DNA of 64,000 bases from Candidatus Eiseniibacteriota bacterium (GTDB lineage Bacteria; Eisenbacteria; RBG-16-71-46), in assembly GCA_963725865.1 (NCBI GenBank), contig CAVSAC010000010.1:384001-448000 (forward strand). Reading direction: 5' to 3'. The notes beneath the pieces were generated by a model. That model worked only from the letters and a program-made list of their open reading frames with translations. It had not been told where the DNA came from and ran no database searches. This document shows positions 20,709 through 30,521 of this stretch, piece by piece. Positions within the stretch are counted from its first letter, which is position 1. The number at the start of each line of letters is the position of its first letter. The translations under genes and the position numbers were made by a program.

Positions 20709-21533
20709 TCAACGCACCACGGCGAGGCGGACGACCACGCCGAAATGATCGGACGCCCATATGCTGTCGGGGCCGGCGTCGCGGAACAGCAGGTCGGCCG
20801 TGAGCGGCACGAGCGCTGGCCGGCCCGCGCGCGGCACGAAGACGTGGTCGATCTGCCGGGGCGAGTGGCCGAACGCCGGATTCAAGGTCGTCGTCTCCGC
20901 CGCCCCGCGGCCCGGGTTCACGACCGGGTAGCCGTCGACGAACGCGGGCGCCAGCGGCCGCATCTCGGGCGCGTCCGACGCGGCGTTGAAGTCCCCCGCG
21001 AGCACCAGGGCGCCGGGGCCGCGGGTCGCAGCGATGTAGGCGAGCAGGTCGGCGATCTGGGTGGCGCGGATCGCGCCGCCCTCGGACGTGTGGTGCAGAT
21101 GAGTGTCGTAGACGTCGATCGCACGCCCGCGGAAGTCGATGCGCACGTGCGCGACCGTGCGGTAGTCATCGCGCGGCTCGAGCTCCTTGCCCTCCGCGAG
21201 CAGGATGCGGTGCGGGGTCACGATCGCATTGCCGTAGCGCTTCACGCGCGTGACGCTGTCGACCGAGGCGAAGTAGGTGTGGAATCCGAGGCTGTCGGCG
21301 ATCGTCGCGGCCTGATTGCGCAGGGTGGCGTGCTGCAGCACCTCCTGCAGGCACACGACGTCGGGGTGCAGCGCCCGCAGGCCGGCCAGGATCTTCGCCA
21401 GCCGCCGCGGCCAGTCCCCCTGGTCGTTCCAGAGGTTGAGCGTGATCACGGTGAGCGTATCCGTCTCCGCTGCGGGGGCGGGCCGCGGCGCCACCGCGAG
21501 TCCGACCAGCAGCAGGGCGAATGCGGCGCTCAC
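20709..21533 (-). CDS. Secreted endonuclease/exonuclease/phosphatase (EEP) family protein
   Basis: Signal peptide, TLNLW, CLQEV, YGNAI, THLH, GDFN, IDHVF, SDH. GTGA overlap with the upstream kinase stop. Confidence 0.92.
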   Translation of the reverse strand: MSAAFALLLVGLAVAPRPAPAAETDTLTVITLNLWNDQGDWPRRLAKILAGLRALHPDVVCLQEVLQHATLRNQAATIADSLGFHTYFASVDSVTRVKRYGNAIVTPHRILLAEGKELEPRDDYRTVAHVRIDFRGRAIDVYDTHLHHTSEGGAIRATQIADLLAYIAATRGPGALVLAGDFNAASDAPEMRPLAPAFVDGYPVVNPGRGAAETTTLNPAFGHSPRQIDHVFVPRAGRPALVPLTADLLFRDAGPDSIWASDHFGVVVRLAVVR

Positions 21534-22729
21534 GTCCGACGTCCGACCGTTCGGCGCGCGGCCGGCGTCCCGCGCCGGCCGACGAGGCGCCAGAAGTGCG
21601 CCTCGTCGAGCAGCGTGATGCGATGCCCCTTCTCGCGCAGCCGCTTGATCTCCATCAGCTTCAGCCCGGCGTCCTTGCCGGCGGCCTGCTGGGCGTTGGG
21701 GCGCCCGCGCACCACGACGCTGGTGCGCGCCGAGGGTCCGCCGTGCACGGTCGCGCCGGCGCGCGTCGCGGCGCGCGCGGCCTCGATCCGCGGCCGGCTG
21801 AGGATGCCGGTGAACGCGAGGTGCACGCCCTTCAGCGAGCGCAGCACCCCGACCCGCAACGGCGCCGGCGGATTGCGCAGCGCCTCGATCAGCTCGTTCG
21901 CGCTCTCGTAGCGCTTGCGGCGCTCGCCGATGCAGCGGTAGACGATCTCCTTCAGGTGGTCGCTGCAGCCCAGCCGGCGGACGTCCGGGGTGCGCAGGCG
22001 CACGCTCGCATCGCCCTTGACCAGCATGCCGAGCAGCTGGCCGACCTGGTACACGTCGTCGCGCGCCTGCCACTTCGGGACCACGCGAGCGAGGAACTCG
22101 CTGGGGGCCGTGAGCGCGTTCATCGTGCGCGCGGTGATGCCGCGGCGGTCGCTCTGTTGCCGCACGATCCCGAAATCGCCGAGCTTGAGCCGCGGCCCCT
22201 CGCACACGAACACGTTCAACGGGGTGAGATCGCGGTGCAGCAACTGCCCGCGATGGAGCTTGCCGAGCACTTCGAGGATCCCCGCGATCTCGCGCCGCAC
22301 CATCTTCTCGGGCCACCCCTTCCCCGCGCGCGACAGGAACGCGCGCAGGTCGCCGTGGCGCGCGTACTCGAGCGCGAGGCAGTACAGCACCTGGCCGTGC
22401 GGCGGCATCCAGGGGAACGCATCGAAGATGCGGATCGCACGCGGGTGCCCCTCGAGCAGCTGTCCGAAGTAGGCTTCGCGCAGCCAGCCGTCGATCCGGG
22501 CGCTGATCTTGATGCACACGGTCGCGGCGACGGTCGCGGAGCGCCCCTGCCGCCGCGCCAGGTAGACCTGCCCGAATCCGCCCTCGCCGAGCCACCGCTC
22601 GATGCGGTACTCGAGCTGCGTCTCCGGGCTGGCGACGACCTGGCCCGGCTCGAGCAGGCGCTCCTCGAGCGCGCGCCGGGTGCGCGCCGTTCGCATGCTC
22701 CGGGTGGTGGGCAGCGAGCTGTCCGTCAT
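21530..22729 (-). CDS. Soluble Ser/Thr kinase with a C-terminal BRCT domain
   Basis: GEGGFGQVY, CIK, HRDLTPLN, DFG; then LKGVHLAFTGILSRPR..RAGATV..SARTSVVVRG..K..ITLLDEAHF, resembling LigA/RFC-type BRCT. Confidence 0.85.
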   Translation of the reverse strand: MTDSSLPTTRSMRTARTRRALEERLLEPGQVVASPETQLEYRIERWLGEGGFGQVYLARRQGRSATVAATVCIKISARIDGWLREAYFGQLLEGHPRAIRIFDAFPWMPPHGQVLYCLALEYARHGDLRAFLSRAGKGWPEKMVRREIAGILEVLGKLHRGQLLHRDLTPLNVFVCEGPRLKLGDFGIVRQQSDRRGITARTMNALTAPSEFLARVVPKWQARDDVYQVGQLLGMLVKGDASVRLRTPDVRRLGCSDHLKEIVYRCIGERRKRYESANELIEALRNPPAPLRVGVLRSLKGVHLAFTGILSRPRIEAARAATRAGATVHGGPSARTSVVVRGRPNAQQAAGKDAGLKLMEIKRLREKGHRITLLDEAHFWRLVGRRGTPAARRTVGRRT

Positions 22730-22766
22730 GGCGATGCGTGCCCCTCCTCTCGCGGGCGGCAGGGTC

Positions 22767-23762
22767 TCACCGAAGCCGGGTGCCCGGCAACGTCGGCGGC
22801 GCGGTGCCCGCGGGCTCGCGCGCCCGCACGATCAGCGCGAGCGGCACCTTGCGCCAGCCGGGCCAGCGCCAGCGCTCCCCGCGGGCGGGGTCGCGCATCG
22901 TCAGCTGCGCCGAGATGCCGCCGTCGAGCATGACGGCGTCGCGGGCGCCGAGCGCCCCCATCACCGCCACCATCTCGGGAGTCGTGGGCCCGATCGGCAT
23001 CGCGCCCGCGCCCTCGCCGAGCGCGTCGAAGCGCGTCATCACGATCAGCAGCCGGCCCGCGCGGGTCTCGCCGATCGCGAGCCGCGCGTCGCGGTGCGCG
23101 AGATCGACGCCGCCGCCCGGTGCGCGCAGCGCCGCCGGCACCTCGCCATCGCGCGCGAGCAGGGTGGGATAGGACTGGAACGCCAGCGCCACACCGGCCG
23201 GCGGCGCGCCGAGCGAGTCGCCCGCGATCCAGCGCGGGCGCCCGTCCGCATCGAACGCCAGCGCGCTCGAGAGCGGACCGACGCCGGGCGCCAGCCGCTC
23301 GCGGCCGTCGATCACCACCCAGCCCCACGGCATGGTCTCGACGAACTGCCCGGCGTTCACCGCCAGCAGCGCGTCGCGCGGCGCGCGATCGATCGTCCAG
23401 GCCGGCCGCTGGTCCTCGCGCGCCAGGTCCATCGCCAGCGAGCACCGCACCCGCGCGGGATCCAGGCTCACGACGATCAGCCGCATGCGCCACGCCGGCG
23501 CCGAGCCCGCGAGCCGCGTCGTGGCCCACTCGACGCCGTCCGCGAGCGGTCGCCAGACAAGCGCTCCCGTCACCGTGGAATCGGCGGCGCGCCAGCGCGC
23601 GGGCGCGGCCGCGGCCCGCCACCACGCGCGCCACCCGCCGTCACGCCACACGGACAACGCGGCACCCGCCCCTGCCGCGCGCGCCGGAACCGCGCAGAGC
23701 GGCCCCGCGCCGACCGCCAGGAGTGCGATCAGCGCCGAGGCCCTGCGGACGGTGCGGATCAC
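22767..23762 (-). CDS. Secreted phosphodiester glycosidase (NAGPA/DUF2233) family protein
   Basis: Signal peptide, AVNAGQF, QSYPTL, HRDARLAIG, AVMLDGGISAQL. Confidence 0.82.
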   Translation of the reverse strand: MIRTVRRASALIALLAVGAGPLCAVPARAAGAGAALSVWRDGGWRAWWRAAAAPARWRAADSTVTGALVWRPLADGVEWATTRLAGSAPAWRMRLIVVSLDPARVRCSLAMDLAREDQRPAWTIDRAPRDALLAVNAGQFVETMPWGWVVIDGRERLAPGVGPLSSALAFDADGRPRWIAGDSLGAPPAGVALAFQSYPTLLARDGEVPAALRAPGGGVDLAHRDARLAIGETRAGRLLIVMTRFDALGEGAGAMPIGPTTPEMVAVMGALGARDAVMLDGGISAQLTMRDPARGERWRWPGWRKVPLALIVRAREPAGTAPPTLPGTRLR

Positions 23763-23766
23763 GGAT

Positions 23767-24690
23767 TCAGTTGAGCGGAGCCTCGAGCAGCGCCGCGAGC
23801 TCGTCCTGGTGCGCGCCGAGCGCTGCGAGCTCGCTCTCGCTGAAGCCGCCGGGCCGGGGGCTGCCCTTGGCGGCCGCCAGGTACATCTCGATGCGTTCGC
23901 GCGCCATCGCGAACTGCGCCGCCGTCAGGCCGCTGGCCTTGGTCTGCGCCGCCATCGACTTGCCGTCCATGGCGCGGAGGTCCGCGTCGACCTTGCGCAC
24001 CTGGTCCTGCAGCGACTCGATCTGGGCCTGAGCGGGGTGAAGGGGCGGCATCGCGCCGCATTTCTGCTGGGCGGCGAGGGTGTCGGCGTGGGTCAGGCCG
24101 CTGAGCCCGAACTCCGCCTGGATGCGCAGCATCGCCGCGGTGTCTCCGCGCGCTTGCGCCTGTCCCAGCTGCGTCGCCATCGCCATCATCTTCTGCTGCA
24201 TGGCCGGATCGCTCCGCATCTTCTGCTCGATCGCCTTCTGGTTCGCCTCCTGCCGCTGGTCGAGTTCCTCCCTCCAGCAACGCTCGGCGTCGTTGTGCTT
24301 GCGCTGCGCAGCGTCGATCGCGGGGCCGAACTTCTCGGACAAGGCCCCCGCCTCGTCCTGGAGCTTCGCCTTGCGCGCCACCAGCTCGCCGCGGCCCTGG
24401 TTCGCCCCACGCGCGGCCTTGAAGCCGGCCAACACGTGATCGAGCTGCCCGGCGTTCAGCTCCAGGAGGGTCTCGTCGAACGTGGGCGGCGCGCCGGGCG
24501 CGGACGGGGCCGCCGTCGTCGGCTCGACGCGCTGTCCCACCTTCTTCGCGGCCTTGGTGGTCGCGGACTTGATGACGCTCCCCAGTCCGGCCTGCGCGGG
24601 CGGCGCGGCGACGAGCGCGACGATCAGGCACGCGAGCACGACAAGGACCGGCGCGCGCGTCCAGCGGACCGAAAGGGCGGTGCGGTTCAT
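23767..24690 (-). CDS. Secreted alpha-helical hypothetical protein
   Basis: SD GAGG, signal peptide ending AQA, Ala/Gln/Lys-rich coiled coils, two Cys in the mature part. Confidence 0.7.
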   Translation of the reverse strand: MNRTALSVRWTRAPVLVVLACLIVALVAAPPAQAGLGSVIKSATTKAAKKVGQRVEPTTAAPSAPGAPPTFDETLLELNAGQLDHVLAGFKAARGANQGRGELVARKAKLQDEAGALSEKFGPAIDAAQRKHNDAERCWREELDQRQEANQKAIEQKMRSDPAMQQKMMAMATQLGQAQARGDTAAMLRIQAEFGLSGLTHADTLAAQQKCGAMPPLHPAQAQIESLQDQVRKVDADLRAMDGKSMAAQTKASGLTAAQFAMARERIEMYLAAAKGSPRPGGFSESELAALGAHQDELAALLEAPLN

Positions 24691-25009
24691 GGTCAGGATC
24701 CTCGTTCGACGAAGTGTGAGGGGATCGGAACGGGTGGGAGCGCGCGCATGGTACATCGCGGGCGCACCCCGGGCCACGGTCCAGCGACGGTGGCCGGGCC
24801 GCGAGCACGCGGCACCTCGTGCGGGCGCCCGCCGCCCCACCGCGGGTGGCGCTCCGGGATTCCCATGCGCTGCGCGCGCCGGTGCGGTAGTGTCCCGGCC
24901 GGTTGCGTCGCGCGCGCGGCTCGGCGAGCGCGACCTCACGAATGGCCGCGAGTCGTCTGCCCGCGAGGTGCGGATGGTGGAAGCCGCCTCGCATCATCAG
25001 GAGTCCCGC

Positions 25010-26173
25010 ATGCGCTTCGCCCCTGCGCCCCTCGTCGTGATGCTCGCGCTCGGCCTCGCCGCGCCCGCCACCGCCCAGACCTCCGGCGATTTCGTGGTGC
25101 GGCTCGGCCGCGACACCACCGGCGCCGAGCATTACGAGCGGCGCGGTGGCCACCTCGAGGTCGACCAGGTCGGTCGCTCGCCCCGGGTGCTCCAGCGCCA
25201 CTTCGCCTGGGACTTCGCCGCCGACGGCGCGCTGACTCACGTGCGGGCCGACGTGATCGCGCCTGGCGCGCCCGCCGGCGCTCCCCCGCTCCAGCGTATC
25301 GAGGCGAGCTTCACCCGCGACTCGATGATGATGGAGGTTGGCCGCGACACCTCGATCCAGCGCGTCCGGCTCGCGGTGCCGGCCGGGACGGTGGTGATCG
25401 CCAGCAGCAGCCCCTGGTCGGCGTACGAGCAGCAGTCCCAGAGGCTGCTCGCCGGCAAAGCTGACAGCCTGCGCGCGACGCTCTACTTCCTGGGCGCTCC
25501 GCAACTGAGCTGGATCGCGGTGCGCCGGCTGGGACGCGATTCGGTCGTCATCGAGACCGAGCACGACCTGTTCCACGCGCGGGTCGACCGCGGCGGGCGG
25601 CTGCTGAACGTGGTGCCCCTCCGCGGCACCGGGAAGTTCACCGTCGATCGCGTCGAGCACCTCGACCTGGCGGCCCAGGTGGCGGCGTTCGTCGCCGAGG
25701 AGCGCCAGGCCGGGACCATGGGAGCGCTCTCGACCCGCGACACGGTGCGCGCGAACGTGGCCGGCGCGGAGCTGTGGATCGACTACGGGCGGCCTGCAAA
25801 GCGCGGTCGCGCCGTATTCGGCGGAGTGGTGCCGTGGGGCGAGGTGTGGCGCACCGGCGCCAACGCCGCGACCCAGTTCCGCACCGACCACGCGCTCTCG
25901 TTTGGCGGCACCGCGCTGCCCGCCGGCATGTACACCCTGTGGTCCATCCCCTCGCCCGGTGGCTGGAAGCTCGTGATCAACCGCCAGACCGGCCAGTGGG
26001 GCACCGAGCACGACGCGAAGCAGGACCTCGCCACCATCGACATGCAGGTGAGCGCGCTGCCGCAGCCGGTGGAGCGCTTCACGATCGGCGTGGGGTCGAG
26101 TCCCGCAGGCGGCACGCTCGACCTCGACTGGGACACCACGCGGGCCTCGGTCGCGTTCACCGTGCAGCCGTAG
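25010..26173 (+). CDS. DUF2911 domain-containing secreted protein
   Basis: SD AGGAG, signal peptide; C-terminal IDYGRPAKRGRAVFGGVVPWGEVWRTGANAAT..QWGT. Confidence 0.88.
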   Translation: MRFAPAPLVVMLALGLAAPATAQTSGDFVVRLGRDTTGAEHYERRGGHLEVDQVGRSPRVLQRHFAWDFAADGALTHVRADVIAPGAPAGAPPLQRIEASFTRDSMMMEVGRDTSIQRVRLAVPAGTVVIASSSPWSAYEQQSQRLLAGKADSLRATLYFLGAPQLSWIAVRRLGRDSVVIETEHDLFHARVDRGGRLLNVVPLRGTGKFTVDRVEHLDLAAQVAAFVAEERQAGTMGALSTRDTVRANVAGAELWIDYGRPAKRGRAVFGGVVPWGEVWRTGANAATQFRTDHALSFGGTALPAGMYTLWSIPSPGGWKLVINRQTGQWGTEHDAKQDLATIDMQVSALPQPVERFTIGVGSSPAGGTLDLDWDTTRASVAFTVQP

Positions 26174-26206
26174 CGCCGACCACGCGCCTCGCCCTCTCGA
26201 CCGCGC

Positions 26207-27478
26207 TCAGACCGATCGGGGCGCGATCGAGGGGGCCGGTTCGCGGCGGTACGCGCGCAGCGCGGGAGTGCGCCACGCGACCCAGCCGCTGGCGATCACG
26301 CAGCCGAGGCCGCCGCTCACCACCGAGACGAGCGCGCCCCACGCGTTCGCCACCAGGCCGGCCTCCAGCTCGCCGAGCTGGGGACCCCCCATGAAGAAGA
26401 TCATGTTGACGCTCGTCATCCGCCCGCGCATCGCGTCGGGGGTGGTGAGCTGACGGATGACGTTGCGGATGACCATGCTGACGGTGTCGGCCGCGCCGGT
26501 GAGCGCGAGGCACAGGAAAGTCAAAGCGAAGCTGCGCGAGAGCCCGAACACGACGGTGGCGAGTCCGTAGCCCAACACCGCCCACAGCATCGCCCGCCCA
26601 CGGCGATCGATGCGATCGAGCAGCGGCACCAGCGCCACGCTGGTCAGCAGCGCGCCGACCGACGGCGCGGCGGACAGCAGCCCGTAGCCCTGCGCGCCCA
26701 CGCGCAGGATGTCCTGCGCGAAGATCGGCAGCAACGCGGTGGCCGAGGCGAAGAACGTGGCGACGAAATCGAGCAGCATCGTGGAGCGGATCAGCGGGTT
26801 GCCGAACACGAATCGCAGTCCCTCGCGCGCGGCGTGCAGGCTGATGCCGTCGCTGCTCCCGGCCGGCCGCGGCGGGAGCTTCCGCATCCGCGCGAGCGCC
26901 GCGATCACGCACAGGAATGACGCCGCGTTGAGCGCGTACGCCCAGCCCACCCCGAATCCGCCGATCACCAGGCCACCGAGCGCCGGACCCAGCACCGCGG
27001 CGGTCTGGAACATGATCGTGTTGAGGCTGATCGCGTTCGGCAGGTGCTCGCGCGGCACCAGGCTCGGGATCAGGGACTGGCGCGCCGGCCCGTCGAATGC
27101 CCCGAACGCCGAGCTGACGGCCGCCAGCGCGTAGACCGGCCAGAGCGCGCGCACGCCGGCGAACGCGAGCCCCGCCAGCGCGCCCGCGGCGATCGCCATG
27201 CCGGCCTGGGTGACGAACATCAGGCGCCGGCGGTCGAGCGCGTCGGCGACCACCCCGCTCACCAGCGAGAACCCGATGATGGGCACGATGCGCACCAGCC
27301 CGACCATGCCGAGCGCGATGCCGCGGCGCCCGGGCGGCACCAGCAGGGAGACGTTCCAGAGGATGGCGGCGTTCTGCATCGTCGAGCCGGCCATCGACAC
27401 CAGCTGGCCGGCCCACAGCAGCCGGAAGTTGCGGTGCTGGAGCGCCGCGAATGGCGGCGGGCGATCCAGGTCAGGCAT
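26207..27478 (-). CDS. MFS transporter (EntS/MefA-like efflux group)
   Basis: About 12 TM segments, ADALDRRRLM motif A, TPDAMRGR. Confidence 0.9.
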   Translation of the reverse strand: MPDLDRPPPFAALQHRNFRLLWAGQLVSMAGSTMQNAAILWNVSLLVPPGRRGIALGMVGLVRIVPIIGFSLVSGVVADALDRRRLMFVTQAGMAIAAGALAGLAFAGVRALWPVYALAAVSSAFGAFDGPARQSLIPSLVPREHLPNAISLNTIMFQTAAVLGPALGGLVIGGFGVGWAYALNAASFLCVIAALARMRKLPPRPAGSSDGISLHAAREGLRFVFGNPLIRSTMLLDFVATFFASATALLPIFAQDILRVGAQGYGLLSAAPSVGALLTSVALVPLLDRIDRRGRAMLWAVLGYGLATVVFGLSRSFALTFLCLALTGAADTVSMVIRNVIRQLTTPDAMRGRMTSVNMIFFMGGPQLGELEAGLVANAWGALVSVVSGGLGCVIASGWVAWRTPALRAYRREPAPSIAPRSV

Positions 27479-27527
27479 GACGCGCGCTCCTCGTCACGGT
27501 GGTGGCGTGCGCGGCCGGGGATGAGGA

Positions 27528-27628
27528 ACGCTCCCCCTCCGGCGCCGCGACCGACCCATCAGATCGGCCGGCGTCGCCGGAAGAGGAGCGTCTGGTACGG
27601 CTTCCTCCGGGCGCGTCACGCGCCCGGG
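27528..27628 (-). promoter_or_regulatory. Structured 5' leader of the MFS gene (two hairpins)
   Basis: ACGCUCCUCUUCCGGCG pairs with CGCCGGAGGGGGAGCGU (17 bp with G-U pairs, valid on the minus strand). An upstream perfect repeat CCGGGCGCG-tga-CGCGCCCGG is also present. Confidence 0.45.
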
Positions 27629-27632
27629 CGGA

Positions 27633-28136
27633 TCACTGCCTCGCGATCGGCTGCGCGCTCGCGGTAATGGACGTGTGGTACATGCCCTTCATGTGGACGA
27701 ACGCGGCGAATGTCACCCCGGCCGGAGCCTGGGTCGGCGCGATCATCGACAGCGGGATGCTCATCGACAGCCGGCTGCCGTCATCGGAACCCGCAAAGCC
27801 GACCTCGGGGCCCCAGCTGAGCCCCTGCGGCTGGACCTTGCGGACCACGAAGCCGTCGGCATAGCGCGGCTCGACACCGTTCACCATGAACTCGGCACCG
27901 TTGTAGCCGGTGGACGGGTTGTTGTCCGCGTCGATGAAGACCTGGAACGACCAGCCGGAGTTGCCAAGGGTCAGCTTTCCATGATGGGTCACATTGACCT
28001 GCAGCTGATCACCGGCCACCTGGGCCGTTACGCCATCGACGGTGAAGGATTCTTCGATGCTACCGGGAAGGGTTCCACAACCGGCGTTCAAGAGACCCAG
28101 CGCGAGCACGGCGAGCAGCAGGATCGACTTCTTCAT
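27633..28136 (-). CDS. Hypothetical lipoprotein
   Basis: SD GGAGG; MKKSILLLAVLALGLLNAG-C lipobox; FIDADNNPSTGY motif. Confidence 0.78.
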   Translation of the reverse strand: MKKSILLLAVLALGLLNAGCGTLPGSIEESFTVDGVTAQVAGDQLQVNVTHHGKLTLGNSGWSFQVFIDADNNPSTGYNGAEFMVNGVEPRYADGFVVRKVQPQGLSWGPEVGFAGSDDGSRLSMSIPLSMIAPTQAPAGVTFAAFVHMKGMYHTSITASAQPIARQ

Positions 28137-28312
28137 GCGTCCTCCATCCATGGGGCGACCGGGGAAGTCCGGAGCCAGCGCACGGTTCGACTTCTAGGGG
28201 AACAGGGCTCACTCCCTGAGAACGGGCGGCAGCCTACCCCATCCGGCCGAGAAAATCATCCCGGAAGCTCGCCCCCCATCCCAACCCGCCGCTCTGGCCT
28301 GCCGGCTGTCCC

Positions 28313-29095
28313 TCAGGCACTTGAGCGCTCGGCCACCAGGGCGTAGACGCGGTGCGCGGCCAGCACGGGCTCGGGATAGCGCGCCGCCAGCAGGGCGGCC
28401 AACTCCCGGTCGAAGGCTTCGACGCTGGCCGCCGGCAGGGTCAGCACTCCGTTGCAGACCCGGAATCGGCCCCGCCATCCGACATGGGAGAACGGCACGT
28501 CCACCACGGAGTCGAGCGTGGCCAGGTGCTGCAGGCCGGCCCCCGTGAGATCGGCCAGGAACTGCAGACTGCGGCCGTCCCCGCCGGCCATGTCCCAGTC
28601 CGGATGGTGGCGCAGCACGAGCGCCTCGGTCTCGGCTCCCAGGCTCCCCGGCTCGCACAGGTATGAGAACCCCGCGATCAGCGCGCGCCCGCCGGGCCGC
28701 AGTGCCCGCGCCACCTCGGCCGCGGCGCGCGGGCGGTCGAACCAGTGCCAGCACTGTCCCGCGCACACCACGTCGCACGACGCGTCGCGCACCGGGATCG
28801 ACTCCGCCCAGCCACGCGCCCACCCGACCGCCACGCCGGCGTCGCGGGCCAGTTGCGCGGCCGCCGCCAGCATCGCCGCCGAGGGATCGATGCCGATCGC
28901 GCGGCAGCCCCGCCGCGCGAATCCGCGCGCGAGGGTGCCGGTGCCGGTGCCGAGGTCGACTACCTGCTGGCCGGGCTCGCCGATCCCGTGCGCGCGCAGC
29001 TCTTCGAACAGCGACGCGGGGAAGCCGGGGCGGAAGCGCGCGTAGTCGTCCGCTCGCGCGCCGAAGTCGATGCGCGGTCCCGAATGCTCTGGCAT
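28313..29095 (-). CDS. Class I SAM-dependent methyltransferase
   Basis: FG..ADDYARFRPG, VDLGTGTG, GIDPS, AGQCWHWFD, LRPGG. Confidence 0.92.
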   Translation of the reverse strand: MPEHSGPRIDFGARADDYARFRPGFPASLFEELRAHGIGEPGQQVVDLGTGTGTLARGFARRGCRAIGIDPSAAMLAAAAQLARDAGVAVGWARGWAESIPVRDASCDVVCAGQCWHWFDRPRAAAEVARALRPGGRALIAGFSYLCEPGSLGAETEALVLRHHPDWDMAGGDGRSLQFLADLTGAGLQHLATLDSVVDVPFSHVGWRGRFRVCNGVLTLPAASVEAFDRELAALLAARYPEPVLAAHRVYALVAERSSA

Positions 29096-29390
29096 GCGCC
29101 CAGCCTACCTTTGGGCGGCCGCGCGCGGCCAGTGCGACGGGCGGTGCGTGCCACCAACTCGGTGGGCGGGCGCCGGCGCGGCCGGGCGTGCTGGCGAGCG
29201 CCCGATCGCCCTCCACCCGCGCGCCACCCGCGGCGCCTGGCAGAGCGTCGGGTCGGGGGTCGCGTGACGGCGCGGCTTCCGCTTTGGCATACTGGCCGCG
29301 TCCCATGCGTCACTTCGGGAACGGTTCGCCGCGATCCCCCACCGACGAGACGATCGCCGCTCCCCCCGCACTCGGTGAGGAGGTCGGATC

Positions 29391-30521
29391 GTGATCATCG
29401 GAGTCCCGCGCGAGACCGAGCGTCTCGAGCATCGCGTCGGGCTGACCCCGTCGGCGGTCGCCCATCTGGTCCCCCTTGGACACCCGGTGCTGGTCGAGCG
29501 CAATGCCGGTTCGGACGCCCACTTCTCGGACGAGGACTACCGGCAGGCCGGCGCCGAGATCGTCTATTCCGCCGAGGAGGCCTACAAGCGCGCCGAGCTG
29601 GTGTGCCAGGTCGGCATGCTCCCGGCCGCCGCGCTCGAGCTGCTGCCGGGTGGCGCGCAGATCTGCGCGTTCCACCACCTGGCGGTCGCGCCGCGCGCCA
29701 CGATCGACCGGCTGATGGAGTTGGGGGCCACGCTGATCGGCTACGAGATCATCGCCGACCCCGAGGGCCAGCGCCCGGTGCTGCTGCCCATGAGCGACCT
29801 CGCTGGCCAGATGGCGATCCACACTGCCGCGCACCTGCTGCAGATCCAGTCCGGCGGCCGCGGCATCCTGCTCGGCAGCACGCCCGGCGTGCCGGCCGCG
29901 ACGGTGGTCATCCTCGGGGCCGGTGAGGTGGGTACGGTGGCCGCGCGCCACGCGATCGCGATCGGCGCCCACGTCATCGTGCTCGACGCCGACGCGCGCA
30001 AGCTCCAGGGCCTGTTCCGCGCCATCGGGGGCCGCGTGCAGACCTCGCTGATGGATCCCGCGCAGCTCGCCCGCTACGTGGCCATCGCCGACGTGGTGAT
30101 CGGCGCGGTGCTCATCCCGGGCGGCCGCGCGCCGTTCCTGGTGACCGAGACGATGGTGAAGGCGATGAAGCCGGGCAGCGTGATCGTGGACGTCTCCATC
30201 GACCAGGGCGGCTGCGTCGAGACCAGCCGGCCGACCACGCTCGATCACCCGACGTTCCGCGTGCACGACGTGGTGCACTACTGCGTCCCGAACATGACCT
30301 CCGACATCGCGCGCACCGCCTCGCGGGTGCTCTCCGACGCCGCGATGACCCACCTGCGGAGGATCGCGGACGGCGGCCTCGACCACGCGCTGCTCGGCGA
30401 CCCGGGACTCGCCGAGGGCGTGTACATGTACCGCGGCCAGCTGGTGCACGAGGCGGTGGCCGCGCTGGTGGGCGTCCGTCGCGAGTCGCTCGGGGCGCTG
30501 CTGGCGCGGAGGATGCACTGA
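29391..30521 (+). CDS. ald: Alanine dehydrogenase family protein (divergent active site)
   Basis: MIIGVPRE..EHRVGLTP, GAGEVG, DVSIDQGGCVETSRPTT, HYCVPNM. Confidence 0.82.
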   Translation: MIIGVPRETERLEHRVGLTPSAVAHLVPLGHPVLVERNAGSDAHFSDEDYRQAGAEIVYSAEEAYKRAELVCQVGMLPAAALELLPGGAQICAFHHLAVAPRATIDRLMELGATLIGYEIIADPEGQRPVLLPMSDLAGQMAIHTAAHLLQIQSGGRGILLGSTPGVPAATVVILGAGEVGTVAARHAIAIGAHVIVLDADARKLQGLFRAIGGRVQTSLMDPAQLARYVAIADVVIGAVLIPGGRAPFLVTETMVKAMKPGSVIVDVSIDQGGCVETSRPTTLDHPTFRVHDVVHYCVPNMTSDIARTASRVLSDAAMTHLRRIADGGLDHALLGDPGLAEGVYMYRGQLVHEAVAALVGVRRESLGALLARRMH

